Positions 10,457-21,075 are shown, numbered from the stretch's first letter. The stretch is DNA of 64,000 nt from an uncultured Thermoleophilia bacterium (GCA_963702475.1 CAVPCT010000009.1:128001-192000), one strand, 5' to 3'. Notes: generated by a model not told the origin, from the sequence alone. Translations and numbers: made by a program.

Positions 10457-10927
10457 GTGACACAGCACACCGACGAACTGAAGAGCGAGTTCCTCTGGAG
10501 CGCGCACATCGACGTTGAAGGCTTCTACGAGGTCGGCCACACGTTCCGCGGTCACCGCAACATCGTCCGTGTGAAGGGCGGTTGGTTCGAGGGGCCGGAG
10601 ATCAAGGGCAGCATCCTGCCGGGGACCGGCGACTGGTTCCTCACGCGTCCGGATGGCGTCGGTGAGGGCGACGTGCGCGACACCTACCAGACCGACGACG
10701 GCGCCATCATCTACGTGAGCTACCGAGGCATCCTCGACATCAGCGCCGACGTGTGGACGCGCATCGGCGCCGGCGAGGACGTCCCGGCCACCGAGTACTA
10801 CCTGCGCGGGCAGCCGATGTTCGAGACCGGCTCGGAGAAGTACGACTGGCTCAACAGGATCGTCGCCGTCTCCGTCGGCAAGCAGGAGGCCATGGGGGTG
10901 ACCTACGACGTGTTCCGGATCCTGTAG
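10457..10927 (+). CDS. DUF3237 / UPF0311 family protein
   Basis: GGWFEGPEIKGSILPGTGDW..RPDG, TDDGAIIY..YRG, FETGSEKYDWLN. Confidence 0.9.
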   Translation: MTQHTDELKSEFLWSAHIDVEGFYEVGHTFRGHRNIVRVKGGWFEGPEIKGSILPGTGDWFLTRPDGVGEGDVRDTYQTDDGAIIYVSYRGILDISADVWTRIGAGEDVPATEYYLRGQPMFETGSEKYDWLNRIVAVSVGKQEAMGVTYDVFRIL

Positions 10928-10952
10928 GGGCCGGGGATTCGAGGAGGGTCAC

Positions 10953-11816
10953 ATGCTGAAGTTCATCCTGGCTAGCCGCAGCAAGCCGGAGCACACCAAG
11001 GAGCGCTACTACTTCGAGTGGGGCATCATCCACGTCTCGCTGATGCTGCAGACGCCGACGGTCATGTCCACCTTTCGCCGCTACGCCCAGCACTTCGTGC
11101 CGGACGGACTCGAGGGCGACAGGCTGCTGTTCCCCCTCTCTCCGATGGCGTGGGAGAACATGGCCGACCACTGGCTCGAGACCTGGGAGGACCTCGTCCT
11201 CCCCTTCAGGGCGTCGGACTACCCGAACCGCATGCAGCCGCACAACTTCGGCGACTTCAACTTCGACATCCAGCTCATGACCGGCGAGGAGCTCTACGCC
11301 GAGGACGGGTACTACAGCGGGGGCATCAAGCTCGTGCACTTCCTTCACCGTCGCGCGGACGTGGGCCTCGATGAGTTCAAGTCCAGGTACGGGGCGCACG
11401 GCGACGTGCTGATCGAGGCCGGCAAGGGTCTGCTGCGCAAGTACGTGCAGAACACCGAGACGCAGGGCGACCCGAAGTACTTCGCCGGCACGCTGTTCGA
11501 GCTCGGCGGGGTCAACACCTATGCGGGTCACGAGGAGCTGTGGTTCGACGATGTGGAGTCGGTGTACGCGTTCTGCCAGGACCCCGCGCGGCGCGCGGCC
11601 CTGCTGGAGAGCTACGCCGGGTTCTCCGACGAGCGGACGTACTCGATGGTGACGACGGAGCGCGTGGTGTTCGACTTCGTCACGCCCGGGCACGTCAGCC
11701 CGCGGCCGGCGGTGCTGCAGGCCGGTTCGCTGGAGGCACTCGTCGATGCCCAGGGCTACGCAGGTTGGTGGCTTCCCGGGTGGGAGAAGACGGCCCGCGG
11801 CGAAGGGCCCGCGTGA
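10953..11816 (+). CDS. Tandem EthD-like (dimeric alpha/beta barrel) protein
   Basis: Two repeats: KFILASRSKP..W..H..RRYAQH and KLVHFLHRRADV..EF...H..RKYVQN..EELWFD. Confidence 0.75.
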   Translation: MLKFILASRSKPEHTKERYYFEWGIIHVSLMLQTPTVMSTFRRYAQHFVPDGLEGDRLLFPLSPMAWENMADHWLETWEDLVLPFRASDYPNRMQPHNFGDFNFDIQLMTGEELYAEDGYYSGGIKLVHFLHRRADVGLDEFKSRYGAHGDVLIEAGKGLLRKYVQNTETQGDPKYFAGTLFELGGVNTYAGHEELWFDDVESVYAFCQDPARRAALLESYAGFSDERTYSMVTTERVVFDFVTPGHVSPRPAVLQAGSLEALVDAQGYAGWWLPGWEKTARGEGPA

Positions 11817-13150
11817 CGTCCGGCGAGCCGGACGGGAGCGTCGGGGCCGGGCTGCCGGCCGGCGGCTTGCTGGAGCCGCCGGCGGAGGACCTGGCAGAGG
11901 CGGCGCCTCAGCTGGGTGGACTGGAGCTGCAGGGCGGCCGGGCCGACACGGTGGCCGCCGTCCTCATGGGCTACGTCGCCCTGCAGACGGTGGGCGTCAC
12001 CGTGGTCGCCGTCAGCGCGCCGGTCCTGCAGGAGCGCTTCGGGTTCAGCGCCGCGCAGGTCGGCCTGTTGACCTCGATGTTCGCGCTGGCCGTCGGGTTG
12101 ACCGCCATCCCGATGGGCCTGGGGACGGCCAGGTGGGGAGGGCAGGTGCTCTTCGCGGCCGCCGCGCTGTTCCTGATCGGCAGCCTCGTCTTCGCGGCGG
12201 CGGACTCCTACCCCTGGTTCCTGGCCGGCCGGTTCATCCAGGGGCTGGGGGCCGGTGCGGGTGTCCCGGTCGGCACGGCGCTCGTCACCCGCTTCATTGC
12301 GCCGGGGGCGCGGCACCGGGCGTTCGGCCTGTTCGGGGCCGGCGCCGGTCTGGGCACGACGGTGAGCCTGCTCATCCTGCCGAGCATCGTCGTCGCCGGC
12401 GGCTACCGGTGGGTCTTCGTTGCGGCGGCGCTGTACGGGGTCGTGCTGGTGCTCGCCGTGCTCGCGGTGCACGTGCTGCGCATCCGTCCGCACAGCGCGG
12501 ACCCCCCCGCCTCCGCCGGCGCGCTGGTCCGTGCCTTCGTGCACGCCGCCCGGAGCCCCGGCGTGTGGCTCTGCGCCCTCATGAACGTCACTGTCGTGGG
12601 CGTCGTGGTGGGCGTGCTCACGTGGACGCCGCAGTTCCTGCACGACCAGTTCGGCGCGTCCCTCGCCATCGCCGCCTTCCTCACTGCCGGCATCGGCGTC
12701 TCGCAGGCGGCCGGCAACCCCGTCGGCGCGGTCGCCATGCACAGGTGGGGCACGCCTGCCGTGCTGCTCGGGGGTCTCGGACTCCTGGCAGTGGCGACAG
12801 CGCTGGTGCCGGTCGGCCCGGGTGTCGTGTGGGCGTACGTGGCGATCCTCGCGGTCGTCCTGCTCGCCGGCGTGCTCCTGCCGCCCGGCCTGGCGATGAT
12901 CGGCGACATCGCCAAGGGTCACGAGGCGGTCGGCGCGGCCACCGGCCTCGTCGGCATGCTCAACCTCATCGGCTCGATGCTCGCGCCGTGGTTGTTCGGG
13001 GTGCTGCTCGACGTGTACGGCTCGGCGCCCGGCGATGACGGCTACGCCGCGGGCTGGTTCATGCTGGCCGGCTTCGCCGTAGCGGGCTTCGCCGGAGGGG
13101 CGGCCTTCTGGCTGCTGCGCCGGCGCGGCCACTTGCAGCCTGCCGCCTGA
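11813..13150 (+). CDS. MFS transporter
   Basis: About 12 TM segments, GRFIQGLGAG motif; GTG overlaps the upstream TGA; start uncertain. Confidence 0.88.
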   Translation: MTSGEPDGSVGAGLPAGGLLEPPAEDLAEAAPQLGGLELQGGRADTVAAVLMGYVALQTVGVTVVAVSAPVLQERFGFSAAQVGLLTSMFALAVGLTAIPMGLGTARWGGQVLFAAAALFLIGSLVFAAADSYPWFLAGRFIQGLGAGAGVPVGTALVTRFIAPGARHRAFGLFGAGAGLGTTVSLLILPSIVVAGGYRWVFVAAALYGVVLVLAVLAVHVLRIRPHSADPPASAGALVRAFVHAARSPGVWLCALMNVTVVGVVVGVLTWTPQFLHDQFGASLAIAAFLTAGIGVSQAAGNPVGAVAMHRWGTPAVLLGGLGLLAVATALVPVGPGVVWAYVAILAVVLLAGVLLPPGLAMIGDIAKGHEAVGAATGLVGMLNLIGSMLAPWLFGVLLDVYGSAPGDDGYAAGWFMLAGFAVAGFAGGAAFWLLRRRGHLQPAA

Positions 13151-13231
13151 CCCGGGCTCTCGGCCTTTCCCCAGTCTCGAGTGTGCGCGTACAATCGCGC
13201 TTTCCGCCCGGGAAGAGAAGGAGACGCCCCC

Positions 13232-13834
13232 ATGGCTGACTGGACGCTGCAGGGCAAGACGGCGCTGCTCGTGGTCCACATGCAGAACGCCATCACCAAG
13301 TCGCCGAGCCCTCTGGACTTCATGGGCCACCCTCGGGCAACGGCCGAGGATGAGGTCATCCCGCACATCGCCGCTCTGCTCGAGGCGTTCCGGGAGAAAG
13401 ACCTGCCGGTCTTCTACGTCGTCGCGTACACGCCCGACGACTCGCCTGCGCCCGTCTACGGCCAGTTCTGGCGCGGGATCGAGGAGTCGCAGGCCAACAG
13501 GCTGGGCACGCGCGACGTTCAGATCGTCGACGAGCTCACGCCGCGCGACGGCGAGCCTGTCCTGTACAACTGGCCGTTCGACATCTTCCGGACGACCGAC
13601 CTGGAACAGCGCTTCGCGGACCAGGGCATCGAGACGGTCGTCCTCGTCGGCGTCTCGACCGGCATGGCCATCAACGTCGCCGCGTACCAGCTCGCCGAGC
13701 GCTTCTACAACCTCATCATCCCGTCGGACTGCATCACCGACGGCAACCGCGAGCTGCACGAGGTGCTGCTGGCCGGGGTGCTGCCGGTGCTGGGCCTGGT
13801 GACGACGCACGAGGACGTGATCGCGCACCTGTGA
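13232..13834 (+). CDS. Isochorismatase-fold protein lacking the Asp-Lys-Cys triad
   Basis: TALLVVHMQN, LYNWPFDIFRTTDLEQ, GIETVVLVGVSTGMAI, PSDC; RBS AAGGAG. Confidence 0.85.
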   Translation: MADWTLQGKTALLVVHMQNAITKSPSPLDFMGHPRATAEDEVIPHIAALLEAFREKDLPVFYVVAYTPDDSPAPVYGQFWRGIEESQANRLGTRDVQIVDELTPRDGEPVLYNWPFDIFRTTDLEQRFADQGIETVVLVGVSTGMAINVAAYQLAERFYNLIIPSDCITDGNRELHEVLLAGVLPVLGLVTTHEDVIAHL

Positions 13835-13852
13835 GCGAGGCGCCCTACTGAG

Positions 13853-14971
13853 TCAGTGGGTCTCTGCCGCAGTCGCAGCCCAGTGAAAGCGCGTCCGCAG
13901 CGAATTCCGCTCGTCGTGTTTCAGGTGGCCGTCATGCTGAAGGCGACCGACGACGATGCCGGCGTCGATGCCGACCTCGGAAGCGAAAGCCGAGATCGCT
14001 GCTCCTGAGAAGCGTCCGGACGCAACGAAGCGCAGGTAGTCGTCCGCTGGGAGCAGCAGGTCAGCGGCGAAGCGGTCGGCCTCGTCTTCCCTCGCCTGGA
14101 GTGCGGGATCCGCGTCGTCGTTCTCGAGAATCACCTCCTGCCGGCCGTGGAGCAGGACATGCCCGATCTCGTGGAAGAGACTGAACCAGAAGACATCGGC
14201 CCAGGCACCGCGAATCGTCATCATGAGCGCGGCCTTGCTCCGGCCCAGCCAGAACGTGGCTCCGTGGACCCGAGTGCCGGGGAAGTGCGGGCAGATGACG
14301 AGAGCGACGCCTGACTTGGCGAGGAGCGATGTCAGTGCGGGCTCAAAGACCTCGGGAGCCTGGTGGGTCATGGCGCGTAGAGCGGGCAGGGCTGCCTCCA
14401 GCAGCTTCTTGTCGAAGATGGCGCAGTCCAGCCTCCTGGCTTCGAGCTCTCCGAGGCGAAGCCAGGAGGCCAGGGCCTCGGGAGACCGCCGATGCCGGCC
14501 GGCAACTCCCTGCCGGAATGCCGCCTGATACCGTCGGACCTCGGGGATCGCGGCCAGCGACGCCACGCCGAAGAAGCGCTGCAGCTCAGCGACTCTCACC
14601 AGCGGCTTGGTAGTGCGGGCCACTGCCCCGAGCTTGGAGAGCTGGCTGTAGCAGTACGCTGATGTGAGCTTGCTCTCTTCGCGGAGGCGCTCGAGCTCCG
14701 CCTGACTCTGGCGTCGGGCCAGGGTCAGGCGATACTCGGATTCAAGGCCCAGCCAGATGTGCGCCGGCACGCCCAGGACCTTCTCGAGCTGTAACGCCGT
14801 GTCTGGGGTGATGGCCTTCTCACCCTTGAACACGGCGCTGAGCTTCGCGGCAGGGCGGCGCATGCGGCGCGCGAGCTCGTCCTTGCTCATGTCCAGCTCG
14901 GCGATCACCTCCTCGATGTACTCGCCCGGCGGGATGGCCAGATCGGAGTGGATGGTCGCGTCAGTCGTCAT
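13853..14971 (-). CDS. higA: HigA-family antitoxin (XRE HTH) fused to ImmA/IrrE metallopeptidase domain
   Basis: IPPGEYIEE, ITPDTALQLEKVLG..WLGLE, FWFSLFHEIGH (HExxH), EDEADRFA. Confidence 0.92.
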   Translation of the reverse strand: MTTDATIHSDLAIPPGEYIEEVIAELDMSKDELARRMRRPAAKLSAVFKGEKAITPDTALQLEKVLGVPAHIWLGLESEYRLTLARRQSQAELERLREESKLTSAYCYSQLSKLGAVARTTKPLVRVAELQRFFGVASLAAIPEVRRYQAAFRQGVAGRHRRSPEALASWLRLGELEARRLDCAIFDKKLLEAALPALRAMTHQAPEVFEPALTSLLAKSGVALVICPHFPGTRVHGATFWLGRSKAALMMTIRGAWADVFWFSLFHEIGHVLLHGRQEVILENDDADPALQAREDEADRFAADLLLPADDYLRFVASGRFSGAAISAFASEVGIDAGIVVGRLQHDGHLKHDERNSLRTRFHWAATAAETH

Positions 14972-15263
14972 AGTGCTTGCTCACCTCCTCGATCATCGCG
15001 ATCTCCAGTCGTTCTCCCTCCAGCGTGAAGATGAGCCTGCTGGATCCCGTCAACGTCACCGCCCATTGGCCGGCGCGATCGCCTTTGAGCGGATGGCAAC
15101 GCAGGACCGGCAGTTCCCGAAGCTCCTCGATGTCGCTTGCCTGCTTCATGAGATTGATTCTGGCGATGTACGTTCGGCCGACCTCGTCGCCGTATGCCCG
15201 GATCGCATCGGCGGAGCGCTCGTACTGGCGTTTGAGCTTGCGCGTCCGGAAGGCGATCTCCAC
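14961..15263 (-). CDS. higB: HigB/RelE-like toxin (killer protein)
   Basis: MEIAFRTRKL...RCHPLKGDRAGQWAVTL..RLIF..IEEVSKHY; toxin upstream of and overlapping the antitoxin. Confidence 0.9.
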   Translation of the reverse strand: MEIAFRTRKLKRQYERSADAIRAYGDEVGRTYIARINLMKQASDIEELRELPVLRCHPLKGDRAGQWAVTLTGSSRLIFTLEGERLEIAMIEEVSKHYDD

Positions 15264-15287
15264 GCAGACCTCTCAGGGCTGTCGGTA

Positions 15288-15361
15288 TTCACCGATGGGG
15301 TAAATCGAGTCTACCGCAGTTGGGCCGGCAATACACTGCTTCGCTTTACCTGAAAGGTATA
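15288..15361. promoter_or_regulatory. Two candidate HigA operators TTYACC-N5-GGTAWA
   Basis: TTCACC-gatgg-GGTAAA (15288-15304) and TTTACC-tgaaa-GGTATA (15345-15361) upstream of higB. Confidence 0.6.
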
Positions 15362-15658
15362 CCAGATGTCCGTGCCGCCTGCGAGAACGTGCTCGACGCC
15401 TTTGCCTGTCCGTCGTGCGGCAAGAAGGTCCGGTGCGCAACTGGAGAAGCACATCCTCAGGATGCTCAAGTAGACCGCCACTGGGTTGGCAGCGCCCGCT
15501 TGCGCATCGCACCCGTGGCGCGCAGCGTGGCACGTTCGTGACGATCTGAGATGAAGAAGGCGGCTCGCGAGCTCGATAGCCAGCTCGCGGGCCGCCCTGT
15601 GAAGTGAGACTGCCGGCGAAGGGGGACGCCGCGGGGCAGTCTCGGAGGCAGCGTATGG

Positions 15659-16147
15659 TCAGCGGAGGTGCCGGCGCTCCTCGGCACGAGACTCGCCGTC
15701 CCGCGCCAGCGGGCTGATCGCCTGGAAGGTTGGGCTGTCGAACACGCCGCCCAGGCAGGCGCCGGTCTCCTGCAGCTTGGCCTTGCCGACGGAGTAGCAG
15801 ACGCAGTACGCGACTTCCATGATCTCCTCGTCGGTGGCGCCGGCGGCTTTGGCGTTGCACGCCTGCGGCAGCACGCCGTCGTAGTGGCCGTTCATCATGT
15901 AGAGGCCGACGAGCAGCAGGTAGCGCGTCTTGGGGTCGAGGATGCCGCGGTCGAGCAGGCCGGTGAGCTGGTTCTGCGCGTAGGTGTGCAGCATGTCGGG
16001 GCGGTTCTTGACCCAGAAGTCGAGGCTCGGGTCGTCCGGCGGCTTGCCGTAGCCCGGGCGCTGCTTGGCCCACGAGGCGAGGACCTCCTCGCCGGTGACG
16101 GCGGCCTTCATCGCTTCAACGACGTCTACTTCTTCCGGTCGGGGCAT
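15659..16147 (-). CDS. Carboxymuconolactone decarboxylase / AhpD-like protein
   Basis: LDPKTRYLLLVG..NAKAAGATDEEIMEV motif. Confidence 0.85.
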   Translation of the reverse strand: MPRPEEVDVVEAMKAAVTGEEVLASWAKQRPGYGKPPDDPSLDFWVKNRPDMLHTYAQNQLTGLLDRGILDPKTRYLLLVGLYMMNGHYDGVLPQACNAKAAGATDEEIMEVAYCVCYSVGKAKLQETGACLGGVFDSPTFQAISPLARDGESRAEERRHLR

Positions 16148-16166
16148 GGGAAGCTCCTTGTCGTGA

Positions 16167-18224
16167 TCAGGCGAGTGCCTTCTCGGTCGGTGTGCCCGGA
16201 GCGGCCAGGTGGAGCCGTCCGGCGAGGATCTCCGCCAGGTCCATGACGCGGACGTCGCGATCGGGGGCGACGCTCCCGAGGCCGTCCTCCATCATGGTCA
16301 GGCAGTAGGGACAGTTCACGCCGATGAGATCCGGCGACGTCTCCAGGAGCTGGCCGACGCGCAGCTCGTTGACGCGGTGGCCGGCCTCCTCCTCCATCCA
16401 CATGCGGCCGCCGCCGGCGCCGCAGCAGAGGCTCTTGCTGCGCGTGCGCTTCGGCTCGAGCACGGCGACGCCGGGCACGGAGCGCAGCACGTCGCGCGGC
16501 GCCTCGTACTGCTCCTGGTAGCGGCCGAGATAGCAGGAGTCGTGGTAGGCGACCTTGGCGGCCCGGGCGCCGCCGGCGGAGGCGGCCGACGTTGCGCCGC
16601 CGCCCGTCTCGCCGTTGAGCGTCAGCCGGCCGCTCTTCAGCAGGTCGGCGAGCAGCTCGGTGTGGTGCACGACCTCGTAGTGCCCGCCGAACGCCGGGTA
16701 CTCGTTTCTCAGCGTGTTCAGGCAGTGCGGGCACGAGGCGAAGATCTTCGTGACGCCCAGCGCGTTCATGGTCTCGACGTTCTGGGCGGCGAGCATCTGG
16801 AAGAGGTACTCGTTGCCGATGCGGCGCATCGGGTCGCCGCAGCAGGTCTCGTCGGGGCCGAGGATGGCGAAGCTCACCTCGGCCTGCCTGAGGAGGGCGA
16901 CGAGTGCCTGGGAGACCTTGACGGCGCGGTCGTCGAAGGCGCCGGCGCAGCCGACCCAGTAGAGGTACTCGACCGGCGCGTCGGTGTCGAGCACGGCGAC
17001 GTCGAGGTCCTTGGCCCAGTCGCCGCGCGTGTGCGCGCCGATGCCCCAAGGGTTGCCGTTCTTCTCCACGTTGGCGCAGGCGAGCTGCGCCTCCTGCGGG
17101 AACTCGGCCAGGTCCAGGACCAGGGCGCGGCGCATGTCGATGATCTTGTTGACGTGCTCGTTCTGCACCGGGCACTGCTCCTGGCAGGACCAGCAGGTGG
17201 TGCAGGCCCACAGCTCATCCTCGCTGATGACGTCGCCGATCATGCTGGGTCGGCGGCCGGTCGGCATCGGTCGCCGCGGCGTGGCGCAGGGCTGGACCAA
17301 CCCCGTTCAGGTGGTCCTTCAGCTTCGTCATCAGCAGCTTGGGGGAGAGGGGCTTGCCGGTGAGCCACGCGGGGCAGTGGTCCTGGCAGCGGCCGCACTC
17401 GGCGCACGCGTACAGGTCCAGGAGCTGCCAGCGCGTGAACTGCTCGACGCGGCTCGACGCCGTACTCCTCGAGGTCCTCGTCCTCCAGGTCGAGCGGCCG
17501 GACCTGCCCGCCGCGCGGCTTGAGGTTGCGGAAGAACTCGTTGACCGGGCACATGATCAGGTGCAGGTGCTTGCTCAGCGGGATGTAGACGAGGAAGGCG
17601 AGCAGCAGCGCGAGGTGCACCCACCAGAAGACCTGCATGCGCGGTCTGCGTGGCGCCGTCGTCGAGCGGTCCGAACAGTGCCGCGAGCGCGCCGGTGACC
17701 GGCGCGAGGGCGTACTTGTCGTGCGCCTCAAGGGCGTAGGCGAAGCCGCTGTACACGAGAGCGGCGGCCACCAGGCCGAAGATGAGCGCGAGGATGACGG
17801 CCGCCTCCAGGCTGGCCTCCAGCCGCGGCGGCCTCACGACGTAGCGGTACACGATGGCGACCACGATGGCGACCAGGACCAGCACCATGAGGACGTCCAG
17901 CACGAGGTAGAAGACCGGCCAGGCGCCGATCGCCGGCAGTGAGAACGCCTCCCACAGCCCTTCGCCGATGATCTGCAGCGTGCCGAAGGCGATGACGATG
18001 AAGCCCCAGAAGATGACGAAGTGGACGATGCCCACGGGCTCCTTGAAGAGCTTCTTCTGGCCGAGGACGTAGACGACGAAGCCGCCGGTGCGCGTGCCGA
18101 GGCGGTCGTGGCGAGCCTCGGGTCGCCCGACAAGTACGTACTGCACGCGCCGCGTGAGGAACACGCCGAACACGGCGAGCGCGACGACGAGGACGGCGAG
18201 GAAGATGGCGGCGGTGAGCGTCAT
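16167..18224 (-). CDS. FadF-like membrane Fe-S/CCG oxidoreductase (putative ETF:quinone oxidoreductase); three +1 frameshifts near 17640, 17455 and 17280
   Basis: NarI-like TM part ([19 protein letters not shown]), [27 protein letters not shown] domains ([22 protein letters not shown]). Confidence 0.88.
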
Positions 18225-18240
18225 GCCAGGGTCACTCGCG

Positions 18241-19225
18241 TCAGGAGGCGGCCTTGCGCCGGCGCAGCTCGTCCGCGAGCGCCGGCACGACCGTGAACAG
18301 GTCGCCCACCACGCCGAAGTCGGCGATGGAGAAGATCGGCGCCTCGGGGTCCTTGTTGACGGCGACGATGTGCTGCGAGCTCTGCATGCCGGCGCGGTGC
18401 TGGATGGATCCGGAGAGGCCGACGGCGATGTAGAGCTTGGGCGACACGGTCTTGCCGGTCTGGCCGACCTGGTACTGGTGGTGCTTCCAGCCGGCGTCGA
18501 CGACGGCGCGGCTCGCGCCGACCGCCGCGCCGACGGCCTCGGCGAGCTGCTCGACCACGGCGAAGCCCTCCGCGCTACCGACGCCGCGGCCGCCGCTGAC
18601 GATGATGGAGGCCTCCTCGAGGCTCACGATGCCGGCGTTCTCGCAGACCACGTCGGCGATGCTCGTGAGCAGGCTCGCGGGGCCGAAGTCGACCGCGAGC
18701 GGGACGACCTCGGGCTCGGCCGGCGCCTCTTCACGAGCGAACGAGCTCGGGCGCAGGGCGACGACCGTCGGGGCCTGCCGTGACTTGCATCGTGGCGACC
18801 ACGCTGCCGCCGAAGCAGGGGTGCGTGGCCACGAAGCCGCCGTCGGCGAGCTCGAGGCCGGTGGCGTCGATCAAGCAGCCGGCGCCGAAGCGGGCCGCGC
18901 AGGCCGAAGCCACATCGCGGCCCTCGGCGGAGCCGGAGAACAGCACGGCCGCCGGTTGCTCTGCCTTCACGGCGGCCGCGGCCGCGTCGGTGAACGGGCC
19001 CGGCCGGTAGGTGGCCAGCTCCGGGCTCTCGGCGACGTACACGCGCTGCGCGCCGAAGCGCGCCGCCTCGGCGACGAGCGGCGCGGCGTTCGCCGCCGCC
19101 ACGAGAACGCTCAGCGTGCTGCCGAGGGCGGCGGCCAGGCCGCGCCCGTGCGAGATGCTCTCGAGGGTCACGCCGGCGAGCCGGTCGCCGCGCGCCTCCG
19201 CGATGACGAGGATGTTGTCAGCCAT
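18241..19225 (-). CDS. etfA: Electron transfer flavoprotein alpha subunit; one +1 frameshift near 18770
   Basis: [55 protein letters not shown]. Confidence 0.93.
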
Positions 19226-19238
19226 GTCTCCGCCCTCC

Positions 19239-20015
19239 TCAGACGAGCCTGGCGCTCGCCAGGAAGTCGGCGATCTGCTGCGCGCCGCTTCCGTCGTCCT
19301 CGATCTTGACGCCGGCCGCGCGCGGTGGCGGCACGCTCGCGGAGAGCACCCGGGTCTTCGCCCCTGCGAGGCCGACGCCCGTGACGTCCAGGCCCAGGGC
19401 CGCGACGTCGTGCTGCGCGATCGGCTTCTTCTTGGCCGTCATGATGCCCTTCATCGAGGGGTAGCGAGGCTCGTTGATGCCCTTGACCACGGAGATGACG
19501 GCCGGCGTCGGGCACGAGTACGCCACGTAGCCCTCGTCGGTCTCGCGGTGCACGCTCAGCGCGCCGCCGTCGACCTCGACCTTCGACAGCGCCGAGAGCA
19601 GCGGCAGGCCGAGCAGTTCGGCCACCGCGGCCGGCACGGCGCCAGTCTCGCCGTCAGTCGACCTGAGCCCGAACAGGGCCAGGTCGCACGGGACGGTCCT
19701 GAGCGCCGCGGCCAGCACGGCGGCCGTGGCCTGCGCGTCCGAGCCGGCCAGCGCCGGGTCGGTGACCAGCACGGCGTCGTCGGCGCCCATGGCCAAGGCC
19801 TTACGGACAGCGTCGGTGGCGTCGTCCGGGCCCATACACAGCACCGTGACCTGGCCGCCGGCGGCCTCCTTGATGCGCAGCGCCTCCTCCACTGCGTACT
19901 CGTCGTACGGGTTGAGGATGCGGTTCACGCTGCGGTCGAGACACCAGGTGGACGGATCGAGGCGCTTCTCGGCCTCGGTGTCGACCACCTGCTTCACGCA
20001 CACGACGATGTTCAT
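19239..20015 (-). CDS. etfB: Electron transfer flavoprotein beta subunit
   Basis: MNIVVCVKQV, NPYDEYAVEEAL, ALAMGAD, STDGETG, INEPRYPS. Confidence 0.95.
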   Translation of the reverse strand: MNIVVCVKQVVDTEAEKRLDPSTWCLDRSVNRILNPYDEYAVEEALRIKEAAGGQVTVLCMGPDDATDAVRKALAMGADDAVLVTDPALAGSDAQATAAVLAAALRTVPCDLALFGLRSTDGETGAVPAAVAELLGLPLLSALSKVEVDGGALSVHRETDEGYVAYSCPTPAVISVVKGINEPRYPSMKGIMTAKKKPIAQHDVAALGLDVTGVGLAGAKTRVLSASVPPPRAAGVKIEDDGSGAQQIADFLASARLV

Positions 20016-20132
20016 GCTTGGCTCCTGAGCTCGTGCGGTTCCCCTTCGCACCGACCCGGGGCAGCGCTCGCGCGCACGCCGGGCCCGTCGGTTGCGGCCA
20101 TGATAGGCGGAGGTCCCGCGAGCGCGGACAGG

Positions 20133-20181
20133 TTCGCCGCAACTTTTCATGCAGGCGCGGCGGTATTACCATCGCGTATAG
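20133..20181 (-). promoter_or_regulatory. LysR binding region oriented toward etfB
   Basis: Minus strand CTATACGCGATGGTAATAC-N12-ATGAAAAGTTGCGGCGAA; contains T-N11-A; repeated at 21340. Confidence 0.75.
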
Positions 20182-21075
20182 ATGGAACTGGACCTCTTCC
20201 GCTCGTTCGTGGCCGTCGCCGAGTCCCGTAGCTTCAGCCGGGCCGCGCGTGCCATGCACTCCACGCAGCCCACGCTGAGCCGCCAGATCGCACGCCTGGA
20301 GGGCGAGCTGGGCGTGCGCCTGTTCGAGCGGTACGGCCGGCACGTGGAGTGCACCGAGAGCGGCCAGCTCCTGCTGCCGCTGGCGAAGGCCATCGTGTCT
20401 CGCACCGACGAGGTCGTGAGCCTCATGCGCGAGCAGGCCGGCGGCGGCCCCAGCACGGTGCGCTTCGGGGCCGCCGGCAACGTCATCGTGATGCTCACGC
20501 CCATCTTGGCGTCGTTCTTCAAGGCGTACCCCAAGGTCACGGTGGACCTTGTCGAGAAGGACGACTCCCAACTCGAGGAGGCCGTCATCACCGGCGAGCT
20601 GGACTGCGCCGTGATCACCCCGTGGGGGTCGACGCGGGCGATGGCCCAGCACCTGCTGACGGAGGAGATCCTGCTGGTCGTGCCGGAGGGGCACCGCTTC
20701 GCGGAGCTCCCGGCGGTGCCCATCGGCATGCTCGCGAGTGAGTCGTTGCTGCTCCCGCGCGCGACGATGAACGCCAGCAACGTGATCGCCGACGCCCTGC
20801 GCAGGGCCGGCGTCGAGCTGCGCTTCTCGTACCGCGCCAACTACCCCGATCTGACCAAGGCGCTCGTCCGTATGGGTCTCGGCGTCGCGCCGATGCCCAG
20901 GATGCTCGTCGCGCCGGAGACCATGGACGGCCTCGTCGCGATACCGTTCGAGCCGCGCGTGCAGCGCGACCTCACGATGCTCGCGCCGCGGGACCGGCCC
21001 CTCCCGGGCGCCGCCCGCGCCCTCATGGCGCACGTGAGGGGTGCCCTGGCCGGCCGCGGGGTCTCCGGCGCCTGA
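20182..21075 (+). CDS. LysR-family transcriptional regulator
   Basis: FVAVAESRSFSRAARAMHSTQPTLSRQIARLEGELGVRLFER. Confidence 0.97.
   Translation: MELDLFRSFVAVAESRSFSRAARAMHSTQPTLSRQIARLEGELGVRLFERYGRHVECTESGQLLLPLAKAIVSRTDEVVSLMREQAGGGPSTVRFGAAGNVIVMLTPILASFFKAYPKVTVDLVEKDDSQLEEAVITGELDCAVITPWGSTRAMAQHLLTEEILLVVPEGHRFAELPAVPIGMLASESLLLPRATMNASNVIADALRRAGVELRFSYRANYPDLTKALVRMGLGVAPMPRMLVAPETMDGLVAIPFEPRVQRDLTMLAPRDRPLPGAARALMAHVRGALAGRGVSGA

Noticed and set aside
16167-19225. Programmed frameshifting or true pseudogenes
   Set aside because: No common slippery motif; the uniform +1 pattern across unrelated genes fits sequencing error.
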